From Pseudomonas phage Baskent_P6: a stretch of DNA of 64,000 nt. Below are positions 1 to 9,093 of this stretch, piece by piece. The DNA lies in sequence record PQ415074.1, one strand, 5' to 3'. A program made the translations under genes and the position numbers. Numbering within the stretch: position 1 is the first letter of the stretch; every line of letters starts with the position of its first letter. Below the pieces are notes generated by a model. The model made no database searches. It was not told the origin of the DNA and saw only the letters and a list, made by a program, of their open reading frames with translations.

Positions 1-200
1 GGAGAAAAATCCGAGGTCGGAAATTCTTCCGAGGTCGGAGAAAAATCCGATGCAGGCAGTTCGGAAAAATCTCCGACCAAGATCGGAAAAAAATCCGGGG
101 TAGGTCGGAAAAAAATCCGTTCAGGGTCGGAAAAATCTCCGACAAATCAGGTAACCAGTAATCAGGTAACCAGTAATCAGGGTACCAATCAGGATATTGC
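1..200 (+). repeat. Origin-like iteron array: about 7 copies of a TCGGAAAAAATCC-type unit followed by 2.5 copies of TCAGGTAACCAGTAA
   Basis: Direct repeats read from the sequence (ggagaaaaatccga / ttcggaaaaatctccga / atcggaaaaaaatccg ... ; aatcaggtaaccagtaatcaggtaaccagtaatcagggtaccaatcagg). They lie in an open reading frame with no stop codon from nt 1, as lambda ori iterons do inside gene O. Confidence 0.7.
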
Positions 201-675
201 CGGGGAGGCTGCGCCGGCCCCGGGCGGGGAATTCGTCGGCGCCGAGCAAGAGCCCGGGCCGCGCTGCCAGATACCGGCCGACATGCCAGGCCCGAAAGAC
301 CCGAACTGCAAGGCGTACCGCACATGGGCCAACTACGCCATGGCCTATCGCACTCGATACACCGCTTGGCCGGTTTGGAACGCATCGGTTGCCGGCAAGC
401 TTTCGAAGCTGATCGATCGTGTGGGCCAGGCCGACGCGCCAAAGGTGGCCGCGTTCTACGTCAAGTGCATCCACGATGCTCGACTGATTGCTCAGCACCA
501 TCCCCTCGGCCTGTTGCTGGCGAACGCTGAGGGCTACCACACGATGTGGTTGACCAATCGCCCGACCACCGGAACGCAGGCACGCCAGCAGGAGAACACC
601 GCATCGAACTTGTCCGCCGCTGAGCAGGCCCTGGCCGAGCAGAGAGCGAGGAGGGCTGCCCATGCTGACGCCTGA
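1..675 (+). CDS. Replication initiator (lambda O-like), 3' portion; 5'-partial at the window edge; iterons encode a low-complexity linker
   Basis: Frame 1 is open from nt 1 through the track ORF 283..675 (checked codon by codon). The repeats are coding (GEKSEVGNSSEVGEKSD...). The N-terminal part of a replication protein sits at the other window edge (63733..64000). Confidence 0.5.
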   Translation, partial: GEKSEVGNSSEVGEKSDAGSSEKSPTKIGKKSGVGRKKIRSGSEKSPTNQVTSNQVTSNQGTNQDIAGEAAPAPGGEFVGAEQEPGPRCQIPADMPGPKDPNCKAYRTWANYAMAYRTRYTAWPVWNASVAGKLSKLIDRVGQADAPKVAAFYVKCIHDARLIAQHHPLGLLLANAEGYHTMWLTNRPTTGTQARQQENTASNLSAAEQALAEQRARRAAHADA

Positions 676-1519
676 GCAACAAGACGAACTGCTGCTTTCC
701 CTTTTCGGCACCGCCGAGGCAATGGGTCAGCAACTCACGCCGGCCGCTGCCCAACTCATGGTTCAAGACCTGGCTGCCTACGAAGAGCCAGTGCTGACCG
801 CCGCATTGCAGGCCGTTCGCCGGGAGGGCGGACGATTCACGGTTGCCGCTGTACTCCGGCATGTCGAGTCCGCCGACGGTCGGCCCGAGCCGAACGAGGC
901 CTGGGCGATCGCCCTACAGAGCTTCGACGAGGCTGAAACGGTGCTTATGACGCCGGAAATCCAGCAGGCGGCTGTGGTAGCCGCACCGCTCATGAAGGGG
1001 CGTGGTGACCGGGTGGGCGCGCGCATGGCGTTCATTGCCGCCTACGAGCGCCTGCTCACTCGTGCCAGGCAGCAGGCGCTGCCCGCCAGGTGGTCGCTGT
1101 CGTTGGGCAGCGATGCGGGCCGCCGAGCTGCTGCGATCGAGGAAGCGGAACGCCTGGGGCGTCTGCCGGCGCCGGCAGCGCAGTTGCTGCTCGAACAGCA
1201 CGTACTCGAGCCAGTTACGCCGGCCGGCAGCGCAATCGCCGGGCTTCTGACTGGACCCTCCGACCGGCTACTGGCACTGACGAATGACCCACTGACCCGC
1301 AAAGCCCTTGCGAGGGAGGCTGCTGGTGGGGGGGATGTGCCAGACGACTTTCGCCGGCGGCTTGAAGACATCAAGAAGCGCTTGGTCCGCAGGGAAAAGG
1401 CGAAGGTCCGACTGCGTGATCGCCACCTGCGCCACGAGCGCGAAGACATGGACCGTCGGCGCGCCGCGGTTCTTCAAACCATCGATCAGCTACAGAGCCA
1501 GGAGGTTCAACATGGCTGA
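662..1519 (+). CDS. Replication-module protein, possibly lambda P-like helicase loader; function not established
   Basis: 285-aa ORF overlapping the end of the O-like gene by 14 nt. Sits where lambda P sits. No diagnostic motif recognised. Confidence 0.4.
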   Translation: MLTPEQQDELLLSLFGTAEAMGQQLTPAAAQLMVQDLAAYEEPVLTAALQAVRREGGRFTVAAVLRHVESADGRPEPNEAWAIALQSFDEAETVLMTPEIQQAAVVAAPLMKGRGDRVGARMAFIAAYERLLTRARQQALPARWSLSLGSDAGRRAAAIEEAERLGRLPAPAAQLLLEQHVLEPVTPAGSAIAGLLTGPSDRLLALTNDPLTRKALAREAAGGGDVPDDFRRRLEDIKKRLVRREKAKVRLRDRHLRHEREDMDRRRAAVLQTIDQLQSQEVQHG

Positions 1520-2063
1520 AGCACTATCAACCCAGGCGCCGGCCAAGAGCGCGGCGGCGAAGAGGAAGCGCGCCGGGCGGCCGATCTACCTGGAGTTCAA
1601 GCGCATGGTCGACCCGGACACCGGCGAGGTTCGCCTGGCCCTGGTCGCCGACAGCGGCATCGACAAGTTCCTGCTGAAGGAGCGCGGGTATAAGGCTGGC
1701 GCAAAAGTGCGCGCGGAGCTGAAGCAGCCGCGGGACGTTCGCAAGCACCGCCTGGTCCACCGCCTGGGCCAACTGGTCGCGCGCAATGCGGATGGGTTCC
1801 AGGGGATGGATGCGCACTCGGTGATCAAGAAGCTACAGGGAGACGCAGGGGTCTGCTGTAGCTCGGAGTATTTCGACCTGGGCGGGCTGGGGCGCGTGTC
1901 GCGCCTGGTGCCGGAGTCGTTGGCGTTCGACGAAATGCCCGAGGAGCGGTTCCTGGAGTTCTGGAGGGGCATCTGCCAGCACCTGATCGAGCACTACTGG
2001 ACGGGCATGAGCGAAGAGCAGATCGGCGACATGATCAACATGATGCCCGAGGAGGTGGTGTGA
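1512..2063 (+). CDS. Hypothetical phage protein of the nin region (NinB/DUF1367-like position)
   Basis: ATG at 1512 follows the RBS caggaggttcaac. Basic N-terminus (AKRKRAGRP). Stop overlaps the NinG start (ATGA-type coupling). Confidence 0.5.
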   Translation: MAEALSTQAPAKSAAAKRKRAGRPIYLEFKRMVDPDTGEVRLALVADSGIDKFLLKERGYKAGAKVRAELKQPRDVRKHRLVHRLGQLVARNADGFQGMDAHSVIKKLQGDAGVCCSSEYFDLGGLGRVSRLVPESLAFDEMPEERFLEFWRGICQHLIEHYWTGMSEEQIGDMINMMPEEVV

Positions 2064-2677
2064 TGCTGGTCGCCGCGAAGAAGCCTCGCAAGAAGACGTG
2101 CAAGGCGTGCCGGGAGGTATTCACTCCAGAGCGATCGCTACAGTCAGTGTGCAGTCCGAAGTGCGGATTGGCGTTGGCGGCTGCCAAGCGAGAGAGAGAG
2201 CGGAAGTCTCTGGCGAAGATGGAGCGCCGCGAGATCCGTGCGGCCAAGGAACGTTTCAAGACCCGTTCGGACCATATGCGTGAGGCTCAGGCCGCTTTCA
2301 ACGAGTGGGTTCGCCTGCGAGACGCCGACAAGCCATGTATCAGTTGCGATTCCATGGCCTGTGACACAGGGCTGATCACCGGCAGTCGCTGGGATGCAGG
2401 GCATTACCGCTCCGTCGGTGCTTGTCAGGCTCTGCGCTTCGAGCCGCTGAACGTGCATCGGCAGTGCGTGCGTTGCAACAGGGACATGTCCGGCAACGCG
2501 GTGGAGTACCGCATTCGCTTGGTCCAGCGCATCGGCGCCGAGAAAGTCGAATGGCTAGAGGGGCCGCACGAGCCCCGGCGGTTTCCTATCGATGAACTGA
2601 AGGAGATCAAGGCCAAGTATCGAGCGCTGTCTCGGGAGCTGAAGCGCAAGATGGGGAGGGGAGTAGGGCATGGCTGA
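2060..2677 (+). CDS. ninG: NinG/Rap-family recombination protein
   Basis: 205 aa. Cys-rich layout typical of lambda NinG (CKACREVF..C..C..., CISCDS, HYRS..., CVRCNRDMSGN) and matching order and size. Confidence 0.8.
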   Translation: MMLVAAKKPRKKTCKACREVFTPERSLQSVCSPKCGLALAAAKRERERKSLAKMERREIRAAKERFKTRSDHMREAQAAFNEWVRLRDADKPCISCDSMACDTGLITGSRWDAGHYRSVGACQALRFEPLNVHRQCVRCNRDMSGNAVEYRIRLVQRIGAEKVEWLEGPHEPRRFPIDELKEIKAKYRALSRELKRKMGRGVGHG

Positions 2678-2755
2678 CCCTCGGTTCAAGGAGTGGCTGC
2701 AGGAGCAGTGGCGCATTCTGCGTCAACACGGGCTCATCGCTGAAGGGGAGAGCAG

Positions 2756-3250
2756 ATGAAGAAATCTTCGACCCAGGTTGTACTCGACGCAGTTCGGGAA
2801 CTGCACAGCCAGCAGCAGATCGTCACTCGCCAGACCCTGGTCGAACTCACGGGGTTGAAGCCCGGCGTTGTCGATGACCGCCTGTCCGTCCTGGTGGACG
2901 ACTTGCTGGTGCTGCGCGTCGAGCGCGGAGTGTTCGTACCGGCACCGCAGTTCGATCCGCCCAGGCCGATCACTATCACGCAGATACCAGGTGGCTGGGC
3001 GAAGGTCGAGATCAGCGATGATCACGTCATTACGCTTACGCCAGCGGAGAAGCGGATGCTCGGTGAACTTCTGGCGGGTGCGGCTCAGCAGTTCGCAGCG
3101 ATCGATATCGGGCATTCGAACCAGATACTGGCCGCAGAGCTGGCGATCAAGATACGGAAGCTGGAAAGAGAAGTGGCAGCATTGCGCGCAGACAGGACCG
3201 ATGGCGGGCAACTCGCCTTAGCCATGAGTGATGTCGCTGCTGTGCAATAG
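2756..3250 (+). CDS. Putative DNA-binding protein (winged-helix-like); candidate late-gene regulator by position
   Basis: 164-aa ORF between the nin region and the late operon. Regulator role is inferred from position only. Confidence 0.45.
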   Translation: MKKSSTQVVLDAVRELHSQQQIVTRQTLVELTGLKPGVVDDRLSVLVDDLLVLRVERGVFVPAPQFDPPRPITITQIPGGWAKVEISDDHVITLTPAEKRMLGELLAGAAQQFAAIDIGHSNQILAAELAIKIRKLEREVAALRADRTDGGQLALAMSDVAAVQ

Positions 3251-3252
3251 AC

Positions 3253-3489
3253 TCAGCATAGGGCGACGATATCACCAGCGGCCACTCGCTCAGACAGAGC
3301 CGTCAACCTGCCGATTCCTTCCTGCAGGAATCGGCTCAGTTGCTCAATGCACTCGTGCTGATCCTGAGTGAGGTGAAACTCCGACTCCATGGCTGCCATC
3401 AAGTCCAGGCAGCACTGATTGAGGAAACCTACCTCTAGCAGTTCTGCCCGTAATCGACGCCTCAGTATCTCGTCCATTCCAACGTCCAT
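3253..3489 (-). CDS. Hypothetical small protein (78 aa), convergent with the upstream gene
   Basis: ORF only; acidic, no motif. Confidence 0.3.
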   Translation of the reverse strand: MDVGMDEILRRRLRAELLEVGFLNQCCLDLMAAMESEFHLTQDQHECIEQLSRFLQEGIGRLTALSERVAAGDIVALC

Positions 3490-3578
3490 CTACTTCGCAT
3501 AAGCAGGTGGGGACCGTAGCAAAAACGAGATGCCTGTCACAATTATCAGAACGATTAGGGTTTTCGCCAACCTGCATG

Positions 3579-3629
3579 ATCCCCCTGTAAGGTTCGACCC
3601 ATCCCCTCTGGCCCGGACAATTCCGGGTC
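3579..3629 (+). promoter_or_regulatory. Late-operon control region: motif atCCCCCTGTAAGGtt (3579..3594) followed by GC hairpin CCCGGAcaatTCCGGG (3612..3627) abutting the TerS start
   Basis: Related copies of the motif in three other late-region intergenic spaces (7849, 25175, 38795). Hairpin read directly. Confidence 0.4.
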
Positions 3630-4196
3630 ATGACTCAGAAGCCCAGCACCAAACCGAAGAAGGCCCCGGTAGCGAAGAAGCGCGCTACTGGGGCTTCCGC
3701 ACGTCCCCCAGCCAAGACCGCAGCGAAACGGCCACCGGGTCGCCCGAGCAGGTATACGCCCACTGTCGGCCTGGCTGTCTGTACCGCGCTTGCCGAGGGC
3801 ATGAGCCTGCGGAAGGTATGCCAGTTACCGGGTATGCCGGCGATGTCCACGTTCCTCCGGTGGCTGGCCGACGAGCAGCATGCAGATTTGCGAGAGCAGT
3901 ACGCGCGTGCGCGCGAGGCACAGGCCGACACGCTCGCCGAGGAGATCCTGCAGATCGCTGACGACGGCTCGAACGACACATACACGGACGATGAAGGCCG
4001 CACGCATGTCGACTACGACCATATCTCCAGGTCGAAGCTGCGCGTAGATGCTCGAAAGTGGTTGGCGTCGAAGATGGCGCCCAAGAAGTATGGCGACCGC
4101 ATCACCAACGAGCACACTGGCGCGAATGGTGGCGCCATAGAGGTCAAGAGCACAGTCACCTTCGTGCAGCCCAAGCCACGAGGTGACGACGAGTGA
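3630..4196 (+). CDS. terS: Terminase small subunit
   Basis: Motifs GRPSRYTPTVGLAVCTALAEGMSLRKVCQLPGMPAMSTFLRWL and KLRVDARKWLASKMAPKKYGDR are typical of phage small terminases. Immediately precedes TerL with a 4-nt overlap. Confidence 0.75.
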   Translation: MTQKPSTKPKKAPVAKKRATGASARPPAKTAAKRPPGRPSRYTPTVGLAVCTALAEGMSLRKVCQLPGMPAMSTFLRWLADEQHADLREQYARAREAQADTLAEEILQIADDGSNDTYTDDEGRTHVDYDHISRSKLRVDARKWLASKMAPKKYGDRITNEHTGANGGAIEVKSTVTFVQPKPRGDDE

Positions 4197-5476
4197 CCAC
4201 CTTCGTCGCTGCGCCTCTCAACCTGAACATCACGCTCCCCTTCAAACTGGCGCCACTGTACGAGGCGCGCCGGTACAAGGTCATGCGTGGTGGGCGCGGC
4301 GGCGGTAAGTCCCATGGCGTGGCCCAGGTGCTGCTCGACATGGGCGCGCGCAACCCCCTGCGCATCCTCTGCGCGCGGGAAATCCAGAAGTCTATGCGCG
4401 ACTCGGTTCACCGGCTGCTGCGCGACTACATCGTCAAGCTCGGCCTGACCGAGTTCTACGAGGTGCTGGACACCGAGATTCGTGGACGCAACGGCACGCT
4501 GTTCCTGTTCTCCGGACTGCAAGGGCACACCGTCGATTCCATCAAGTCCTTTGAGGGCGTGGACATCGTATGGGTGGAAGAAGCCCAGGGCGTGTGCAAG
4601 AAGTCCTGGGATGTGCTGATCCCGACCATCCGCAAGGACGGATCGGAGATATGGCTGACGCTCAACCCGGGGATGGACACCGACGACACCTACGTGCGGT
4701 TCTGCGCCGCGCCGGATGACGACGTGTGGCTCTGCGAAATCAACTGGCGCGACAACCCGTGGTTCCCTGATGTCCTCAACCAGGAGCGCCTGCGCGCCAA
4801 GCGCTCCATGTCGCAGGAGGACTACGAGCACATATGGGAAGGCAAGCCGCGCACCGTGGCCGAGGGTGCCATCTACCGCCATGAAATCCTGGACCTGATG
4901 GAAAGCGGGCGCGTTCGCCCGGTGCCATACGACCCTCTGCTACCCGTCCACACCGTATGGGATTTGGGCTGGAACGACGCCATGACCATCGGCTTTGTCC
5001 AGCGCGGGCCGATGGACGTGCGAATCATCGACTACATCGAGGACAGCCATCGCACGCTGGATTGGTACGTGGCGCAGATCGAGAAACGCCCGTATCGCTG
5101 GGGCATCGACTACCTGCCGCACGACGGTCGTACCCGCAACTACCAGACCGGCAAGAGCACCGAGGAACAGCTACAGGCGATGGGCCGCAAGGTCCACGTC
5201 CTGGCCGCCACCAGCATAGAGGAAGGCATCAAGGCCGTGCGCATGCTGTTCCCGCGCTGCTACTTCGACAAGGACAAGACCGGGCGTCTGGTGGAGTGCC
5301 TGAAGCGCTACCGCCGCGCCCTGCACCAGCATACCGGAGAGGCCATGGCTCCCCTGCACGACGAATACAGCCACGGCTCCGACATGTTCCGCTACGTCGG
5401 CCAGGCCGTGGAAATCATGCCCAACGAAATGGAACGCACCTACGAGGAAGCGGAAGCGCCTGACTGGCGACTGTGA
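4193..5476 (+). CDS. terL: Terminase large subunit (PBSX/Terminase_6-like)
   Basis: Walker A RGGRGGGKS near the N-terminus; 427 aa; gene order. Confidence 0.9.
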   Translation: MTTFVAAPLNLNITLPFKLAPLYEARRYKVMRGGRGGGKSHGVAQVLLDMGARNPLRILCAREIQKSMRDSVHRLLRDYIVKLGLTEFYEVLDTEIRGRNGTLFLFSGLQGHTVDSIKSFEGVDIVWVEEAQGVCKKSWDVLIPTIRKDGSEIWLTLNPGMDTDDTYVRFCAAPDDDVWLCEINWRDNPWFPDVLNQERLRAKRSMSQEDYEHIWEGKPRTVAEGAIYRHEILDLMESGRVRPVPYDPLLPVHTVWDLGWNDAMTIGFVQRGPMDVRIIDYIEDSHRTLDWYVAQIEKRPYRWGIDYLPHDGRTRNYQTGKSTEEQLQAMGRKVHVLAATSIEEGIKAVRMLFPRCYFDKDKTGRLVECLKRYRRALHQHTGEAMAPLHDEYSHGSDMFRYVGQAVEIMPNEMERTYEEAEAPDWRL

Positions 5477-5485
5477 GGACACGAC

Positions 5486-7804
5486 ATGCAGATCACTGAG
5501 AATGACCGCCAGTACATGAATGGCCTGCCACCGGCCGGCGACACGCCGCTGACCGTGGACGAGTACGCCGACATCAACTACGAAATCGAGGACCAGCCCG
5601 CGTGGCGCGCCGTCGCCGACAAGGAAATGGATTACGCGGACGGGAACCAGCTCGACACCGACCTGCTGCGTCGCCAGCAGGCACTGGGCATCCCGCCCGC
5701 GGTAGAAGACCTGATTGGCCCGGCCCTGCTGTCCCTGCAAGGCTACGAGGCCGTCACTCGCACAGACTGGCGCGTGACGCCGAACGGTGACGTGGGTGGC
5801 CAGGACGTGGCCGACGCCCTGAACTACCGGCTGAACACGGCAGAGCGCCAGTCTGGTGCCGACCGCGCATGCTCCGAAGCGTTCCGGCCGCAGATCGCGT
5901 GCGGTATCGGCTGGGTAGAAGTCAGCCGCGAGTCGGACCCGTTCAAGTTCCCGTACCGCTGCCGGCCTATCCGCCGCGACGAAATTCACTGGGACATGAA
6001 GTGCGGCGACGACTGGGAGGCCTGCCGCTTCCTGCGCCGGCAGCGCTGGCTGTCACCTGATCGCATTGCCCTGGTGTTCCCGGAGCATGCCGAGCTGATC
6101 GGCATGGTAGGTAAGTACGGCAGCACCTGGTGGGGCCAGCCCGATCTCGGAATGATGGAAGGCGGCACATCCACCGGTCTGCACAACGCATGGAACGAGG
6201 CGCGGGCCTGGACCGTGCAGGAGGACCGCTGGTACAACCCTAGCAGCAAGGAAATCTGCCTGGTGGAACTCTGGTATCGCCGCTGGGTGCAGGTCCACGT
6301 CCTGAAATCGCCCGATGGCCGAGTCGTCGAGTACGACCCGAACAACCTGGCGCACAACATCGCGCTGGCGTCCGGCCGCATTTCACCGAAGAAGGTGACG
6401 GTATCCCGCGTGCGCCGCTCCTACTGGCTCGGGCCGCACTGCCTGCACGATGGGCCAAGCCCATACACACATCGCCACTTCCCCTACGTGCCGTTCTTCG
6501 GCTTCCGCGAGGATGCCACCGGAATTCCATACGGGTACGTGCGCGGCATGAAATACGCCCAGGACAGCCTGAATAGCGGTATGTCCAAGCTCCGCTGGGG
6601 CATGAGCGTCACTCGAGTGGAGCGTACCAAGGGCGCGGTGGACATGACCGACGCACAACTACGCCGGCAGATCGCACGTCCGGATGCCGACATCGTGCTG
6701 AACGCTGAGCACTTCGCTAGCAACAGGGGCGCTCGCTTCGAGGTAAAGCGCGACTACACCCTGACCGACCAGCATTTCCAGATGCTTCAGGACAACCGCG
6801 CCACCATCGAGCGCGTAAGCAACATCACGGCCGGTTTCCAGGGGCGCAAAGGCACGGCCACCAGCGGCATCCAGGAACAGCAGCAGATCGAGCAGAGCAA
6901 CCAGTCCATTGGCCGGATCATGGACAACTTCCGCGCCGGCCGGACTCTGGTGGGCGAACTGCTGCTGGCAATGATCGTCGAGGACATCGGCCAGGAGCGC
7001 ACTGAGGTGGTTATCGAAGGCGATGCCGTGACCGCCGATCGTGTCGTGGTGCTCAACGAGCCGCAGCGCGATCCTCAGACCGGCGCCGCCTACCTGTCCA
7101 ATGATCTGCTGCGCACTCGGATCAAGGTCGCCCTCGAGGACGTTCCCAGCACCAACAGCTACCGCGGCCAGCAGCTCAATGCGATGTCCGAGGCCGTCAA
7201 GAGCATGCCGCCGCAGTACCAGGCTGCTGTCCTGCCGTTCCTGGTCAGCCTCATGGACGTGCCGTTCAAGCGCGACGTGGTGGAGGCCATCCGAGCCGTT
7301 GATCAACAGCAGACCCCGGAGCAGATCCAGCAGCAGATCGACCAGGCCGTGCAGGACGCCCTGGCCAAGGCCGGAAACGACATCAAGCTGCGCGAACTGG
7401 AGATCAAGGAGCGTAAGGCGGATAGCGAAATCAGTGGGATGAACGCCAAGGCAGTGCAGATCGGGGTGCAGGCCGCATTCAGTGCCATGCAGGCCGGCGC
7501 CCAGATTGCGCAGATGCCGATGATCGCGCCGATCGCCGACGCCGTGATGCAGAGCGCCGGATACCAGCGCCCGAACCCTGCTGGTGACGACCCGAATTAC
7601 CCCGTAGCCGACCAGACGGCGGCAATGAACATCAAGTCGCCCTACATCCAAGGGCAGGGGCCGGCAGCGGCAGAAGCTGAGGCCGAGGAAGCTCCGGTAC
7701 GCAGGAACACCAGCCCGACATATCCGCCGGTGCCGGCCGAAGCCCCGACCGGCCAGCGCGGAATAGAGACGCCGAGTACGGCTGACAACCTGCCGCAGCC
7801 CTGA
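5486..7804 (+). CDS. Portal protein
   Basis: 772 aa directly after TerL; size and position as for the P22 gp1-type portal. Confidence 0.75.
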   Translation: MQITENDRQYMNGLPPAGDTPLTVDEYADINYEIEDQPAWRAVADKEMDYADGNQLDTDLLRRQQALGIPPAVEDLIGPALLSLQGYEAVTRTDWRVTPNGDVGGQDVADALNYRLNTAERQSGADRACSEAFRPQIACGIGWVEVSRESDPFKFPYRCRPIRRDEIHWDMKCGDDWEACRFLRRQRWLSPDRIALVFPEHAELIGMVGKYGSTWWGQPDLGMMEGGTSTGLHNAWNEARAWTVQEDRWYNPSSKEICLVELWYRRWVQVHVLKSPDGRVVEYDPNNLAHNIALASGRISPKKVTVSRVRRSYWLGPHCLHDGPSPYTHRHFPYVPFFGFREDATGIPYGYVRGMKYAQDSLNSGMSKLRWGMSVTRVERTKGAVDMTDAQLRRQIARPDADIVLNAEHFASNRGARFEVKRDYTLTDQHFQMLQDNRATIERVSNITAGFQGRKGTATSGIQEQQQIEQSNQSIGRIMDNFRAGRTLVGELLLAMIVEDIGQERTEVVIEGDAVTADRVVVLNEPQRDPQTGAAYLSNDLLRTRIKVALEDVPSTNSYRGQQLNAMSEAVKSMPPQYQAAVLPFLVSLMDVPFKRDVVEAIRAVDQQQTPEQIQQQIDQAVQDALAKAGNDIKLRELEIKERKADSEISGMNAKAVQIGVQAAFSAMQAGAQIAQMPMIAPIADAVMQSAGYQRPNPAGDDPNYPVADQTAAMNIKSPYIQGQGPAAAEAEAEEAPVRRNTSPTYPPVPAEAPTGQRGIETPSTADNLPQP

Positions 7805-7832
7805 CACACCTCCGCTACAACTCGCCAACCTG

Positions 7833-7863
7833 AAACCCTACCGGGCCACCCCCTGTAGGGTTT
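7833..7863 (+). terminator. Stem-loop AAACCCTAC-N13-GTAGGGTTT after the portal gene; a second inverted repeat GCGTCTC-N11-GAGACGC lies at 7898..7925
   Basis: Inverted repeats read directly, in the portal-scaffold intergenic region; the 3' arm contains the CCCCCTGTAGGG motif. Confidence 0.4.
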
Positions 7864-7989
7864 CGTTCTTCCTGCACCTGTCTCCGACACTGCCGCCCAA
7901 GCCAAGGCGTCTCCGAACGCCGGCGAGACGCGGAGTAATCCGCATTGCTGATGACCCTTGCGGCCACGGCGATATGTGGCGGGATAGGC

Positions 7990-9081
7990 ATGAAAAAAGA
8001 CGAGCTTTTCCAAGAGATAGACGGTGGACGGCCGACACCTGAACAGGCTGCCAGGATGATTGAACTGGCAATGGGCGATACCAGCAATTTCATGCTGGAC
8101 AGCGACGAGCCCAACGTCGCAGCCGACGCGGGTGCCGGCGATGCTGGCGAGGCCAGCGCCGATGCCGCCGATCAGGCAGACAACACCGAACAGAACACCG
8201 ACGCGCAGCAGGGTGCGGGTGACGCCGGCGCTTCGGCTGGTGGCGACCAACAGGGCAAGACGCCCGACGCCAAAGAGCTAAACGCCGAGAACGCCGTGAT
8301 CCTGGCCAAGGACGGCAAGCACACCATCGGCTACGAGAAGCTGGTGGAAGCGAGACAGGGAGAACAGCACTGGAAAGCCCAGGCCCAGGCCGCGCAGGCA
8401 GAGCTACAACGCCTGCGGGATGAGGCAGCAGCGCGCGCCACGGCAGGCGAGGCCCCGACGTCGCAGGACAACCAACTGGCGGCGGCTCAGGCTGCCATGG
8501 ATCAGGGGGTTGACCCGGCGATCTTCGGAGACTTCAGCGAGGAAGCGCTGGCCGCAGGCATCCAGAAGCTGATCGACGCGAAAGTGGAAGCGCGCGTGAG
8601 CGCACTCGTGGACCAGAAGCTGGCACCGATCCAGAAGAAGGAAGCCGAGAGCGCCGCGAGCGCCCACCTGAATGCGATCTACGAGGCCCACCCGGACGCC
8701 GACTCCATTGCGGAGAGCAAGGAGTTCGGGGACTGGGTGGCGTCCCGTCCGTCCTATGAGCGCGCGAGCATCGCCAAGGTGCTGGAAGACGGCACCGCGG
8801 CCGATGTCATCGAACTGTTCGGTTCGTTCAAGTCCGCCACCGGAAACGCTCAGCAGTCGCAGCAGCAGCCGAACGCGCAAGACGCGAAGGCTGCGGCCCA
8901 GGCTGCCATCAACAAAGCCAAGACCGAACCGCCGGCCAGTCTCTCGGATATCCCGGGCGGCAAGCCTCCGGCTGGCAACCGATTCGAGGCCATCGCCGCA
9001 ATGGATCCGGCATCCATGTCAGACGCCCTGCGCGGCATGAGCCCCGATCAGGTCGAGGCATTCCTGAACCGGAACATGTAA
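7990..9081 (+). CDS. Scaffolding protein
   Basis: Acidic, Ala/Gln-rich coiled-coil protein between portal and coat. ATG 7990 (MKKDELFQ) chosen inside track ORF 7945..9081. Confidence 0.6.
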   Translation: MKKDELFQEIDGGRPTPEQAARMIELAMGDTSNFMLDSDEPNVAADAGAGDAGEASADAADQADNTEQNTDAQQGAGDAGASAGGDQQGKTPDAKELNAENAVILAKDGKHTIGYEKLVEARQGEQHWKAQAQAAQAELQRLRDEAAARATAGEAPTSQDNQLAAAQAAMDQGVDPAIFGDFSEEALAAGIQKLIDAKVEARVSALVDQKLAPIQKKEAESAASAHLNAIYEAHPDADSIAESKEFGDWVASRPSYERASIAKVLEDGTAADVIELFGSFKSATGNAQQSQQQPNAQDAKAAAQAAINKAKTEPPASLSDIPGGKPPAGNRFEAIAAMDPASMSDALRGMSPDQVEAFLNRNM

Positions 9082-9093
9082 GGGAGCTACCCC

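Noticed and set aside
121-711. 196-aa minus-strand ORF across the iteron region
   Set aside because: Antisense to the open O-like frame and reads through repeats giving poly-Ser/Cys low-complexity sequence; high-GC antisense artefact.
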